Shown here: piece after piece, positions 32,701 through 58,385 of the stretch | How the letters are laid out: every line of letters begins with the position of its first letter | Position numbering within the stretch: position 1 is the stretch's first letter | Assembly (NCBI GenBank): GCA_039096225.1 | Contig: JBBPEB010000015.1 | Coordinates: 1,240,001-1,304,000 of the forward strand | Direction: 5' to 3' | DNA from: Blastocystis sp. Blastoise | Lineage: Eukaryota > Protista > Bigyra: Opalinata | DNA: 64,000 nt | Translations under genes and position numbers: made by a program | Notes under the pieces: generated by a model | The model's input: only the letters and a program-made list of their open reading frames with translations | Databases searched by the model: none | Told to the model about the DNA's origin: nothing

Positions 32701-33529
32701 TCTTCCATCCTGGATTTGTGGTTACATATTGATTTATATGATATAATAAGTCAATATCATGTTGAACAGAAAAATAACTCTATATATATTATTATTATTA
32801 TTATTATTATTATAGATTTATATAAATATACAATTGTTTTTTTGTTAGAAACTGTATCTTCTATATATATAATATAAATAATAATTATTAATAAATATAT
32901 ATAAATAACAATTATATATATCTATATATATACCTTCATCTGAGGATGATGAACTATTATGACATGATTCAGATTTTCTATATATATAATATAAATAGTA
33001 AAAATTAGATATATATATATAAAACACATACATATATAAATATACATAAAAAAATATATATATATATATACTTTAAATTACATAAAAGTATTGGGATTTC
33101 GGTTTCTAGAAATGTTTCAATAGTACTTTCATAAAATTCAAATTGTTTAGCAGGAATATTTAATATATCATTTTCATCACAGCAATTTTTTAATAAATTG
33201 GGTAATTCTGATTTACTACACCATCCACTATCAAAATATATATCTCCTCTTTGGACCTTCTTCTATAAATATGTATTCATTATTGATTGAGATTTATTAT
33301 AAACGTTTATAATGAAAATATAACTAATAAGAAGAACACTTGAACAAAATTTTATTAATGATATGTATATACGTCACCCATTATGACAGAATCACGTTTT
33401 CCTGATATCTTTGAAAAATACCAGAATGGTTTAAATGTTTGAGAACCTTCCTACATAAAATAGAATTATTAGAAAAAATTAACATTCGAATTATTAAAAT
33501 ACAGTTTTAGGTGATGACGACTCTTGCAT
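29722..33529 (-). CDS. Myb/SANT-like transcription factor with about 790-aa Ser/Asn-rich disordered C-terminal exon
   Basis: Spliced exons give FSVQHDIDLLYHINQY..PGWKKNKRVDWSILSTKMPAFSGNQLNSRF and ITAEETEAILFLYNHNYTYAQISWYLARRSADWVHSQIR (two divergent Myb repeats), joined in frame to ORF 29722-32100. Start MQESSSPKT at 33529. Confidence 0.65.
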
Positions 33530-35094
33530 AGGTTTCTTAACTTCAAACAGCAAAAATTATCTATATAGAAAATATTCAGATACTTTAGCAGATGATATGT
33601 TTTTAAACGTTAATAAACAGAAAAGAAAGAATCAGATATATTAGAATAGATTTATCGTTAATAGATCTATGAGATAGAAGATATAGAAAACAAGCGATCA
33701 ATGACGTAATTAAAATGCAAGGATATAAGAGTATTCAACACAAATATTTATGTACTATGACTTACTTAATGAGACGACTCCTTTTTAAGTAAGAGACAGG
33801 TAGTCCTCTTCAAAATATAGAAAAGGCTTATATAAAAAAAATTTGAACTAAACACCAGGGATAAACTTGAATGATTAGTTTGAACAAAACAATCATGGGA
33901 ATATAAAAAAAGTAAAATTGCGTTTTCATTGGCTTAAAAATAAACAGTATTACATAACATAAATAACATTAATCAAATTATTTGTTTTTCAAGCCATTTC
34001 TGTTTTTTAGAAATGTTTTCGTTTCATTTGCGTCTTTAAAGTAGCCAATCAAATCAACGCTGATTTTTGAAGTCGTCATCATAATTACAAGAAAAATTGA
34101 CTGGTAAGTTAATTTGATCTATATGGTTTTTCTCCACAATAGAATATATTTATCAGTAAAAGACATTTATATTTGATCTCTGAATACTGTTTATTTTTTA
34201 GCTATTAATTAGCTACATGCAAGGGCACTATTCTTTGATCGTGACTGCTACAAAAATTAATTATTCATTTGTACTTTTGTAAAGTGAATAAAAACATTCT
34301 AATATCGTTTTAATATATCCTCATTGTCTCAAGCTTTATAGGATTTAAGCAAACTAGATAAAAATATCATTATTTTCGTTCACTTGATCTTGTTGGTGGA
34401 TATTTATTTTTTTTTTGTATTTATATGTTCAATCAGAAACTGGTTCGTTTGGTATTTATAATTATAATAATATAAGCTTTAAAAAAAAGGAAAGCAAAAG
34501 ATTAGTCTACGACTTCAAAACTACATCTATATATTTATTAAATAAAAAGCAACTAATAAATGAATACTGAAGAACTAACAAAAATTAAGTTTTTGTTTAT
34601 TAGAGTGTCACTTACATAATTAGTTTAATAAGCACAATAAAAGTTTTTCTAAAAAAAAAGAATATTTAGTAAATCTATATGTTTTATATTATTAAAAAAA
34701 CATATATATGTTTGATATTTTTATAATAATATAAAAGAGTTTTAAAATATTTCTTTTACAGATTCACATAAATGTATATAGAAATAACAGTAATATACCA
34801 TAACTGTAGAAAAGTAAAATAGAATTAAAAGAAAAGAATTAAAAGTAAAATAGAATTAAAAGTAAAATAGAATTAAAAATAATTAGATATAATAAGAATG
34901 AAAGTGAGAAAAAGAAGAAAAGAAAGCGTATTCAATATATATATTTAAACATGAATATATATTAAAAAATAATAAAAAGAAATATAAAATAAAAAGTGAA
35001 AAAAAAGTTATAAATTATTATACATTATTCATATAGAAAAAATGAATTTAAATTAATAAATAAATAAATAAATATATATATATATATATATATA

Positions 35095-35538
35095 TTAATA
35101 GATTCTTGAGCTAAGAGGTGAAGGACTTCTTCTACAAGACCATTTGATTCCATGATCTAATTCCGCGGTTATTGGAGATCCAGGAATAGTTCCATGAGGG
35201 GATCGAATATTCTCTCGACTTCGACTTCGTTTACGACTTTTATTTCCAGCTAATAATATAGATACACCTGCTCTAATGAAGTTATCTACTTTATGGCTAT
35301 GAATATATATAAATAATAATATATAAAATAATAATATATAAAATAATAATATATAAAATAATAATATATAAATAATAATGTAATACATATATATATATAT
35401 ATATATACGATCTTAAGTTTTCGATAGCACAATCATTTAATAAGGATAATAACCATCGAACTGTCTTCTTTTGACTTTCAGTTAATTTATACCCGAATTC
35501 TGTGATTTCCCCGTAATAATATCGAACACGATTCTCTT

Positions 35539-35611
<73 letters not shown>

Positions 35612-36922
35612 TAATATTGTTATATAAAAAAAATATATCATTTTTTTAAAGACATGCCAATATATATAATTAATAATAATAATTATTATTATAATATATA
35701 TATACTGGATATTGGTATGAAATCAATTCAACTGCTGTTAATTCAGTATCCTGAAGATGTTTCAATAAATTAGAGGATGGAAGTCGAAATGTAAATCGAC
35801 GTATATAACCACTGCCATCTAACTATATAGTGAATCAAAGATATTCTTATATATTATTATATATTATTATATATTATTATATATTATTATTAAATATTAA
35901 TAAAACAATGATATTAAAATAATAATAATAATAGTTAGTATCATATATACCCACATAATCATTCTTGATACAAGTATATAACCTTCAGAATGTTGAGCTA
36001 AACTAGTCATCTATATATATATATAATATTATATATATAATATTATATAAATCATATTATATAAATCAAATACATATATATATATATATACATAGGTACG
36101 TAACGATGTTTTATAATATTTATAAGTCATAAAATTCCAATAATATGTATCAATATATAATTCATAAAATAAAAATGGAACTTGAATAAACCCTTTTCCA
36201 TCTTTAAAAATAGTTCGATCTTGTATAATTTGAAGAAAGAATCCTGGAAGATCAGGAGCCGAAGGCATAAGACTTTTACGGTTATTGGCTCTTAAACATT
36301 TTAAAGGACCTTCTTGAAATAATAATGCTAATGTTGTTATAAATAAACAAAAACTACCGGATACTATTGTATGATACATATATAAAGTACCAAAGAAATT
36401 AGAAAAAGCCTAGAATATTAATATATATATAATATTAATTAATTTTAAAATATTATGAATAACAAATATAATAATAGTATACAAGAATAGCTTTGCAAAA
36501 AATGAGTAAAATACACAGTGAAACACGTCCAGATAAAGAGATTGTTGGAAATTTAAGTTGTTCACAATCTCTTAGAATGTATCCAACCTATAGAAAATAT
36601 TAAAAAAAAAAGTTTACATGAAAGAGGAAATAATTGAGAAAATAATCAAAGTAAAGCTATTATAATAATTAAGCCAAAAAATAAATATTTTTCAGATAAT
36701 CTACATCATATAAAACCTGTCCATATATACCCAAACATATATAATGAACCATTCAATAATAGCAAGAAGGATACCATATAACTCGAGATCAACAGTATTA
36801 AATTCAATACTATTTGGTGGAGCCTGACATATAAATATTTAGAATAAGGAAAAAAAAGATACCCAACTTGGAGATGACACAGAAATAATAGCTTTTGGAT
36901 TTTTGAATTCAATTGGAAGCAT
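35095..36922 (-). CDS. Unknown membrane protein (about 3 N-terminal TM helices, cytoplasmic domain, RS/SP-rich tail)
   Basis: MLPIEFKNPKAIISVSSPSW|APPNSIEF...YGILLAIIEWFIIYVW|VGYILRDC...|AFSNFFG... with all exons in phase; ends RRSPSPLSSRIY*. Confidence 0.7.
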
Positions 36923-37301
36923 TCTATTATTTATAGTTTACAACTAACTTTCATTTAACGAATATCCTTTAGTAAGGAAATATATTAAAAACACACTTGA
37001 AGAAATGACTAAAAATCTACTGAAAACGGTTTAATTCCAGAAACCTCCAAACAATTTTTATTTTTCAACCCAATGAGAACTCTGTTTCATGTTAATTTAA
37101 TGTTCTAATAAACAAATCAATATCTTACTTGTTTTCTAGAATAGAAGCTATTTAAGTATATGTTCTTATATTACATGAATATTTCTATATTTGTAATCAT
37201 TTTATTTATGACTATTTATTGAAATCTTTTCATGTAATCATTATATAGGGGGAGAATATTTTTAGAAAAAGTTTGAAATATCTTATAAACGTGTTCTGTC
37301 T

Positions 37302-38293
37302 ATGAAATCGATGAAACTTCTTGTTCTTGGGTCATCAGGGTATTTTTCAGTTATAATTATCTATAGATATTGAAATATGATTTATGTAGATGTGGAAAGA
37401 GTGAATTTATATATTCATTTACTGGTAAAAGAACAGATTCTGAAACGATGTTAAAATATGGAATGGATTATGTAGAAACTACTCTTAACAATGAACAAGA
37501 TCAACCACTTAATCTAGAAGTACTTTGTTATTGTTATTTAATTATTTGTGTTTGTTTGTTTTTTTTAGTATATTGAGTAATATTTCTTTAGTTATGGGAT
37601 ACTTATGGTTTATTATGGAAAAATAAAATAGGTACTTATTTCTTAGATCAGATTTCAGGAGCTATTATTATTTGTGATCTGAATAATCTAGAAGTATTTA
37701 TTCATTATAATTATATTTATGTATATATAGAGTTGTAATCAATTAATTGATTATATAAGTCTTGTATGTATATATATATATATTATTTAATGTATTAAAG
37801 ACTTTCTTATATACGAATATTTATTAAATATATAGTTTTATGATATTAAACGAGCATCTGGAATTCCTATTTTATTAATAGGTATATACATATAATGTTT
37901 ATTTTTAGCATATATATTATATATATTATATATATATAGGTAATAAATCTGATTTACATCGGAATGTAACAAAAGAGCGTATTAATAAATGCTTAGAAGA
38001 ACATACATCTAGAATTGTTGTATATAGATAACTATATATATATATTATATTATATTATACATATATATATAGCCTTATCTCTATACGGATCTATGTTCTT
38101 TAGAATCTAATGAGAATAATCAAGTTATATTAACATATATTAATAATATTCAAAAAGGAGAGTATATATATATATATATATATAGTTATAAATTTCTTTT
38201 TCTATTTTATTACTATTCATTATTATATATATATATATAGATTCATAATTCCAAAGAATGATTTTATTTCTTCAGATAAAGTATATATATATA

Positions 38294-38331
<38 letters not shown>

Positions 38332-38627
38332 GAATAAAAAGATATGTAATATATGTTCAAAATCCTTCTCATTTTTCAAAAAGAAATATGAGTGCCCGTA
38401 TTTTATTATTATATAAGTTTATTATTCTATTAATAATTCTATTAATAATTCTATTAATTATTCTATTAATTATTCTATTAATTATTCTATTAATTATTCT
38501 ATTAATTATTCTATTAATTATAATATATAGTAGTTGTCATCGATATATATGTAAGCAATGTTTATCAAAAAGTAGTGTATATATCAATGGAAAACAATAT
38601 TTTCTTTGTCAGATATGCTCGAAATAA
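37302..38627 (+). CDS. Divergent Rab/Ras-like small GTPase fused to C-terminal FYVE-like zinc finger
   Basis: KLLVLGSSGCGKS (G1), LELWDTYG (G3), ILLIGNKSD (G4), then CNICSKSFSFFKKKYECPSCHRYICKQC...LCQIC*. About 10 small exons. Confidence 0.85.
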
Positions 38628-39747
38628 TCTCTTCTAATCAATTTAAAACCAAATAAATATTTATTTTTAATATCCATTTTCATTTAGGATTCATTTTCTA
38701 TTTTTATCTTTTTTTCATTCATCTTTTTTTCATTTTCCTTTTTTAATTCATATTTTTTAAATATATATTATTTATACATTAAATGAAGAACTTTTATTCT
38801 TTAATCAACATAATTATTGTGTCACTTCTCCAAAATTCTTTTTTCTTCGTCTATTAATATATTAAATAAATATATCCTTTTTTTTAATTTTTATTTTGAT
38901 TTAGCCTTCATTTATCATAATTCGATGCATATTTTCACATGTTCAAATATTCCAAGAAACGCTTATTTGAATATACGTTGAGAAATCCTCTACTTTGCTC
39001 TCTATATCTTTTGTGTCAATCAATTATGGTCAATTTATACAAAAATGAAAAGAGTATGTCTTAAGATCGTATATTAGAGTCTAACACTATTATGAAGAAC
39101 TAGTTTTGATGCCTGAAAGTCCTTGGAAGCTACCCATGACGTACATTTCTTCAACAATACTTAATCAGAAACCTATTAAACTTCTTTATATTAAAACAAT
39201 GTTGCCTTTTGGAAGAAACTATCACTTATTTAAACTAAAATCGAATGATTTATAAGCAATTTGTAAAATTATTAGTGAGATTCGTTTCAAATTATATGCT
39301 AAATTGATTCTATTATGTAATACTTTTTTTGTTATGTGGTATTCATATTATTATTTTTCGTATTCCAATATTATTACTTTTTATTAATGTTTTTTTTTAT
39401 TAATTAATCATTTCAATTTATTATATATATTTATTTAATTATATCTAAGATAAATTTAAAATCACATTTTTTCTTAAATAATTCAAATATCTTTCAGTTA
39501 ATATATATCACAAAATGTGTTGAAAAAAATTATTCATTCAATGATTATTGAATAAATACTACGCTATTTTAACAATAAAATTATATATATATATAATATA
39601 TATATGTAATAGCATAAACTAGCAAACAATAGTGAATCATAGAATACTAGATCTAGATACATATATATATATATATATAATAATAATTCATATATTTATT
39701 GTTTAAATAATAATTAGAATCACTTAAAAAATAAAAAGATATTCTAT

Positions 39748-40316
39748 TTAAGGTTTAGATACAGCTGCATCTAATTTATCCATAATAATCTTAAGTAATG
39801 ATAAGTTTCTATTAACTAATACATATTCATTTTCTTGTAATTGAAATCCTGATAACTATATAATATTAAATATTTTATATATAATATTAAATATTTTATA
39901 TATAATATTCAATAATTTATATATAATATTTAATAATTTATATATAATAATAAATATTTTATATATAATATTCAATAATTTATATATAATATTCAATAAT
40001 TTATATATATAATAGTCAAATCTATAATATATATACAGTTAACACTTGAATAGCACCAAAAGCAGGTACAAGTTTCGTTTTTAAAGTATTATTATCAGCT
40101 TTTATTCTATAATATTTAGGATCATCCTTAAATGTATTCTTAATAATAGTATGTAATGTTTTTAATGCATTTCGTCCCATTTCATTCACTCGCTGAATTC
40201 TTAAACCATTTATTAAACCATCTAATTTCTCCTATATATATATAAGGTAATTATATGTTTATATTTATATATATATATATATACTTCAATAGATTTCTCT
40301 TGAATTGCAATCTCTT

Positions 40317-40386
<70 letters not shown>

Positions 40387-42138
40387 GGAGTAGCTGTTTT
40401 TATTCCATGTTCTTCATTCCATAAACGTAATTGACGTTCTCTTTCATTCTATTTATAATATATAATATATATATATATAAATATTGTTTAATTTATAATC
40501 TACAATATATAGCATATATCATATAAAAACAATATAAAATACATAAAATATATATTCTATAATATATACTTCTTCTTTAATTTTATCTTGTCTTCGTTTC
40601 TCAGCTTCTTGTTGTCTTATAATCTTTGAGAATTCATCCAATTGATTATTAAGCTTCTTACCTTCTTGGCGACGCTTCTTCTCTTCTTCTATAGCTTTTC
40701 GTTTCTCTTCTTCTTCTTTTTGAGCTTTTCGCTGAGCTATTTTACGTTTTATCTCTTCTTGCTATATATAGATTCATATAGAGTGTAAGAATATAAAATA
40801 GGATACTAATAATATTATATATATCCAATAAATAATTTTAAATATATATAAATCTCTATAATTCAATTACATATATTAAACATATATATATATACTTTTT
40901 CTTCAAAAGTCATTTCAGGTGCAGTATCTTTAACAATTCTACACATATTTCCATCACAGACCATCTTTTCTCCAGGAGCTAATCCCGCGGAATTATCATC
41001 ATGATTATCCCCGTGATTATCGATATCCATAGAATGTTCAGTATTATTATTGTTATTATTATTGTTTAGAGGAGATAAAGAAGGAGAAGAGAGAGAGTCT
41101 TCTTGATCTTGTTCAGCAGCTAAATAAGTAATACAACTATCTAAATCACTACCTACTACAGATAAAGCCTATACAAGCAAAGTAAAGCATACTCAATATT
41201 TATTATTATTATTAATATTATTATTATTATTATTAATATTATTATTATTAATATTATTATTATTATTATTAATATTATATATATATACTTTACGAATTTT
41301 TACTTCAGAAAAACCCATTTCTAATAAAGAATTAAGGGTACTATATACATAAATAAATATAGAATATACATATAAAAAAATATACATAAATAAATATAGA
41401 ATATACATAAATAAAGATAGAATATATATATATAATATAATATATACATAATAAAAATTATAAAATATATAATATATAATAAAAAAATATAAAATAAAAA
41501 ATAAAAAACATAAATATACTTTTGACGATCTGGAGTCATTGAAAGAGAGGGAGTAAAAACTTTCTTTTCAGGAGTAACAATTGGAAGAGTAGGAATAACT
41601 TTTGTTTCTTGTTTCTTTTGTTCTTTAATCTTTTCTAATTGTATTTTGAATTTCTTTAATCTAGCTTCTTTCATCTGTTGTTCATCTAAACGAGGACCAT
41701 CAGATGATAATTGCATACCACTTCCAGAAAAAGATCCTTTAACAGATTGCATTAATTCAATTATCTTAGACTCTACACCACTTGGATTATATCCTTGTAA
41801 CTGATCTTTCAAATCTCCATTGATATAAAAATGAAAGGTGGGTAAAGCTCTAATTCCTATAAAACAAAAATGAATATTTTGTATAAATGATATCAATATC
41901 TTAGTCATATGTCTATATAAAAATAAATACCCTTTTCTGAACAAATTCTTTGATTTTCATCAGAATCTACACGGAAAAAAGCAACCGTTGAGTATTTTCC
42001 AGCAAAATTATCAAATATAGGGTGCATCATCTTGCAAGGTTGACACCATTGTGCATAAAAATCAACTACACATAATTTTCCTTTTTGTCTTTGAAGTTGA
42101 ATCTCCAAGTCATCATGAATTTCAATAACACCAGGCAT
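39748..42138 (-). CDS. Thioredoxin-UBA-coiled coil-PUB domain protein (p97/Cdc48 cofactor-like)
   Basis: VVDFYAQWCQPC..IRALPTFHFY (Trx); LLEMGFSEVKIRKAL....LDSCITYL (UBA); EEEKRRRQEGK coil; ALKTLHTIIKNTFKDDPKYYRIKADNNTLKTKL..GAIQVL..GF (PUB). Confidence 0.85.
39857..40010. repeat. About 21-bp minisatellite x7 in last intron of the Trx-PUB gene
   Basis: atataatatt(a/c)aata(t/a)tttat units. Confidence 0.8.
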
Positions 42139-42992
42139 TTTTATCTTTCTTTTATAAAATACTACTTTTTATTGTTTTTAGAAATACAAGAAGAAAGTTT
42201 TATTTCTTCCAAAAAAATCCAAAGAATTCAGATTATTCTTCCATATACTGAATTCTTTTCAGTATTATTCATCCAGAGAAAAAAAAATTTTTATGTTCTT
42301 TCTTTATTTTTTTCTAAGATATAAGCAATTATGATGTAGAGATAAGAATAAAAATGTGTTTTTTCAGTTGATACTTTGCTTATCAATACTATGTTCTCTG
42401 ATTCTAATTGATCATTATTGAATTTCTTGTAGAAAGCATTATTTTGATGGCATTTAAAATATTTTACTTGTTTCCTTAAGAAGATAGTCTGTTGGATTAT
42501 TGATTGAAAGAACTTTAGAGTAAAAATATCGCAATTCTTCTAGATATATGTATAATTATAATTATTTTCTTCAGTAGAATGATGTACAATCATATATTCG
42601 TCATTTTATATATTATTTTAAATGAAGAGATTCATAAGAAAAGTGATCAAATACAGTTTTTTAAAGTAAAAGAAAATAAATGATGATATATAAATTGAAT
42701 ATGTTATTATTATCATTTAGAAATAGTTCAAATAATTAACAAACAAATAAAACACTAAATAAGAGTTGATGAATACTATAAATAAAACAAAAAGAAAAAA
42801 AAGAAAATATAAAAGTGTAAACAAACAAACCATTCAAACAATATATATATATATATAAATTTTATTAATTAAAGAATAAAAAATATGTATAAAACAATAG
42901 AATAGATAAAATAATTAATACATATATATTTATTTTTTAATATATTGAATAACATAATATATATAATAATACTATTATATATATATATATAA

Positions 42993-52504
<9,512 letters not shown>

Positions 52505-53171
52505 TATCGAATAATATATAAGAATAAGCTGGAATCAAAAGAATAAATAAAAAAGCACTTCAAAAAAAATAAACTAATAATTGCGATTATTTCTATTTTT
52601 TGTCTGAAAAACCATACTTATTCAATCATTCATTTTCACTACCCAACAAATTGTTATATAATCAATACCTAGTTTGTTTTGATATTAATTGTATACAAAT
52701 CATTCAAAAACAAAGAATTCAATTAATAAAATAAATGTAATCTATAAATAAACTTATATGGAATTTTTATAGACTCTAAAAGGTAATTCATTAGTGTTCA
52801 CATTCTGCTTCACATACATTTTGTTAGCTCTTTCTATGTTGATTGATATCTTCAAATAATTTCTATTATGTGCAGCATCATTATTTTCTTATATTATGAT
52901 TTATTAATTTGTAGTAAATGATTTCAACTCCATTATCAAAAAAAAGTGTTCATTTCATTTTTATATCACAGTTTATATATTGAAAAACAAAATTGGATGT
53001 TTTAAAAACAAAACACGAAAAACATTTATCAAAAATGATTAACCAACAAAAATCAAAAGAGACGCAATAATGATACAACAAACGTTCTACGCGACAATAG
53101 AGAAGCAGCAAAAGCAAAATCGGATTTAAAATCAAACAGGGATACACAACAAAAAAGAAAGATACTTCGTT

Positions 53172-53360
53172 TTAAAAAGACCAGAAATAAGCAGTATTTA
53201 ACTTTTGTTGTACATCAGAAGGCTTTTGAACAGGTAACATTGTTGAACATCTACCATCGAGACAGAAAACATCTTCTTGTGTATGGAAATTTACAAGAGA
53301 GTTATGACGTTCACGACGAGGTTGGTTAGGTTGAGATTCTTCAGCATTAACAAAAAACAT
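53172..53360 (-). CDS. 62-aa microprotein of unknown function, preceded by a 5'-UTR intron (53367-53410)
   Basis: AAAATG start context, coding-like composition, canonical GTATGA...TTTTTTAG intron just upstream, GT-rich downstream region. Confidence 0.6.
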   Translation of the reverse strand: MFFVNAEESQPNQPRRERHNSLVNFHTQEDVFCLDGRCSTMLPVQKPSDVQQKLNTAYFWSF

Positions 53361-54465
53361 TTTTACCTAAAAAAGTGTGCATAGCTTATACTAAGTATTA
53401 AATATCATACTTTAAGGATTAATAAACACTAATAAGAGCTTTATATGAATTATTCAATATAAATAATTTATGAAGAAATGTCAAGTAATAAAAACAAAAC
53501 ACAATAAATAATGGTACCAAAAAGACTCTTCGTCTTTTGAATGTGGCCAAATGAGAACTATTCTTCTTATTGGTTACTAAGATCCCTGAATTCCACAGAA
53601 TCCCGTTTTTCTTTAAAATCTCCGATATAATTCGTAGTTACCCTATTTATAAAAAATATATTTTGGTTCACCTTTATCCTCGGCAACAATCCACAAAAAG
53701 TCCAGTTTGGCGTTTTCTGTAAATATGACGGAGGTACCATCATAAAGATTTCGGATAACAAACAAAAAATGAAAAGATAAGGGAAACTGTCTAATACTCT
53801 TTTTTTTCTCCTTCTTCCCTTATATGCTGAAGTAGTGAATTGAAAAGGTAATTGATTATTCGAGGTGTCAACATGGAGAAATATATTATAGCATGTTTTT
53901 TTCTCGATATTTTTCTCCCAGATAATGAATCGCAATTATTGGCATATCAGAAGTGTTCGTTTTTTGATATAGATAGCTCTCATAAGTATCTGGATCATAT
54001 GAAAACTGTAAAAACCATTTATTCAAAAGAAAAACAAAATGACCCATAATGAGTTCCATATATACTCGGTATAAATTCCAAAATGTTTCAGCTATAATGT
54101 CGTATCACTAGCATATCATAATAGCAACTTATACTCGATTATCAGTATATTTGGAATGTCTGATTAGTGTGACATCACTTATTTTGAGATTTGATGTGGC
54201 TTTTTATAATAGTATACACTAGTATTATAATAAGAAATGATGTTCACTATTGGATATCAATAATTATTATACATAAAATTGATTATAAGTGAATGGCTTC
54301 ATTTTTGCGATAAAATATGAATTGAAAGGCAATGGGACATAGAAAACCGCAAAACTATATTTTATGATGTTTTTCATGAAACAATTTGAGAATAGAGCCA
54401 AAAAAAATAATAAAACCGTAAATGTTTTAAAAATAAATATATATTTTTATTTCTTATTGATCAGC

Positions 54466-57868
<3,403 letters not shown>

Positions 57869-57972
57869 TGTAGTTATAAAAATTTCTGGGATCTAGACAA
57901 TATTTAAAGTTATAAAGTCAATTCGTCTATTTTTATTATTACTTATGTGTTAATTTTTTTATTAAAATATAT

Positions 57973-57984
57973 TGTTTGTTTGTC
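57973..57984 (+). promoter_or_regulatory. TGTTTGTT(TGT) putative 3'-end/polyadenylation element
   Basis: About 105 nt after the CRNKL1 stop. Matches the known Blastocystis poly(A)-site motif. Copies also lie on the minus strand after the Nup188-like gene (about 42738 and 42820). Confidence 0.5.
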
Positions 57985-58074
57985 TTTTTTTTTTTGTTAA
58001 CGTTTTAAATCATTATTTTTTTATTACATAACCGTATGACATATTTATATATATATATTGTAAACAGAATTTCA

Positions 58075-58147
58075 TTAAAACATAATATTATTTTCCAAGA
58101 AATGCATAGAAATAAATGTTTTAAGTTGTCTATCTAATAATGGTTCA

Positions 58148-58180
<33 letters not shown>

Positions 58181-58298
58181 GAAATAATTCTATTTAAACG
58201 AATAATTATAGATATAAATAAATATACTTGTTCTACGATACTGTCCAGATCTTCCACTTTAGAAGCATCATAGATCTTTTGAGTATGTAAAAAATGTG

Positions 58299-58385
<87 letters not shown>

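Noticed and set aside
34065-34520. 12-bp inverted repeat TTTTGAAGTCGT...ACGACTTCAAAA suggesting a MITE
   Set aside because: No target-site duplication or second copy in the window; compatible with chance.
36000-36300. Possible RGS domain in the membrane protein
   Set aside because: Only a vague FL..E....W...YK resemblance; not supportable by eye.
36770-36777. Perfect U12 donor-like GTATCCTT on the minus strand
   Set aside because: Lies inside a coding exon (YGIL) in the frame consistent with the upstream exon. The likely donor is the downstream GTATAT.
39080-39255. Slightly GC-richer short open frame between two convergent genes
   Set aside because: Short, no recognisable homology, no clear gene structure.
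53567-54049. ORFs 53567-53935 (-) and 53852-54049 (+)
   Set aside because: Non-ATG starts, no motifs, no splice support; located in a divergent promoter region.
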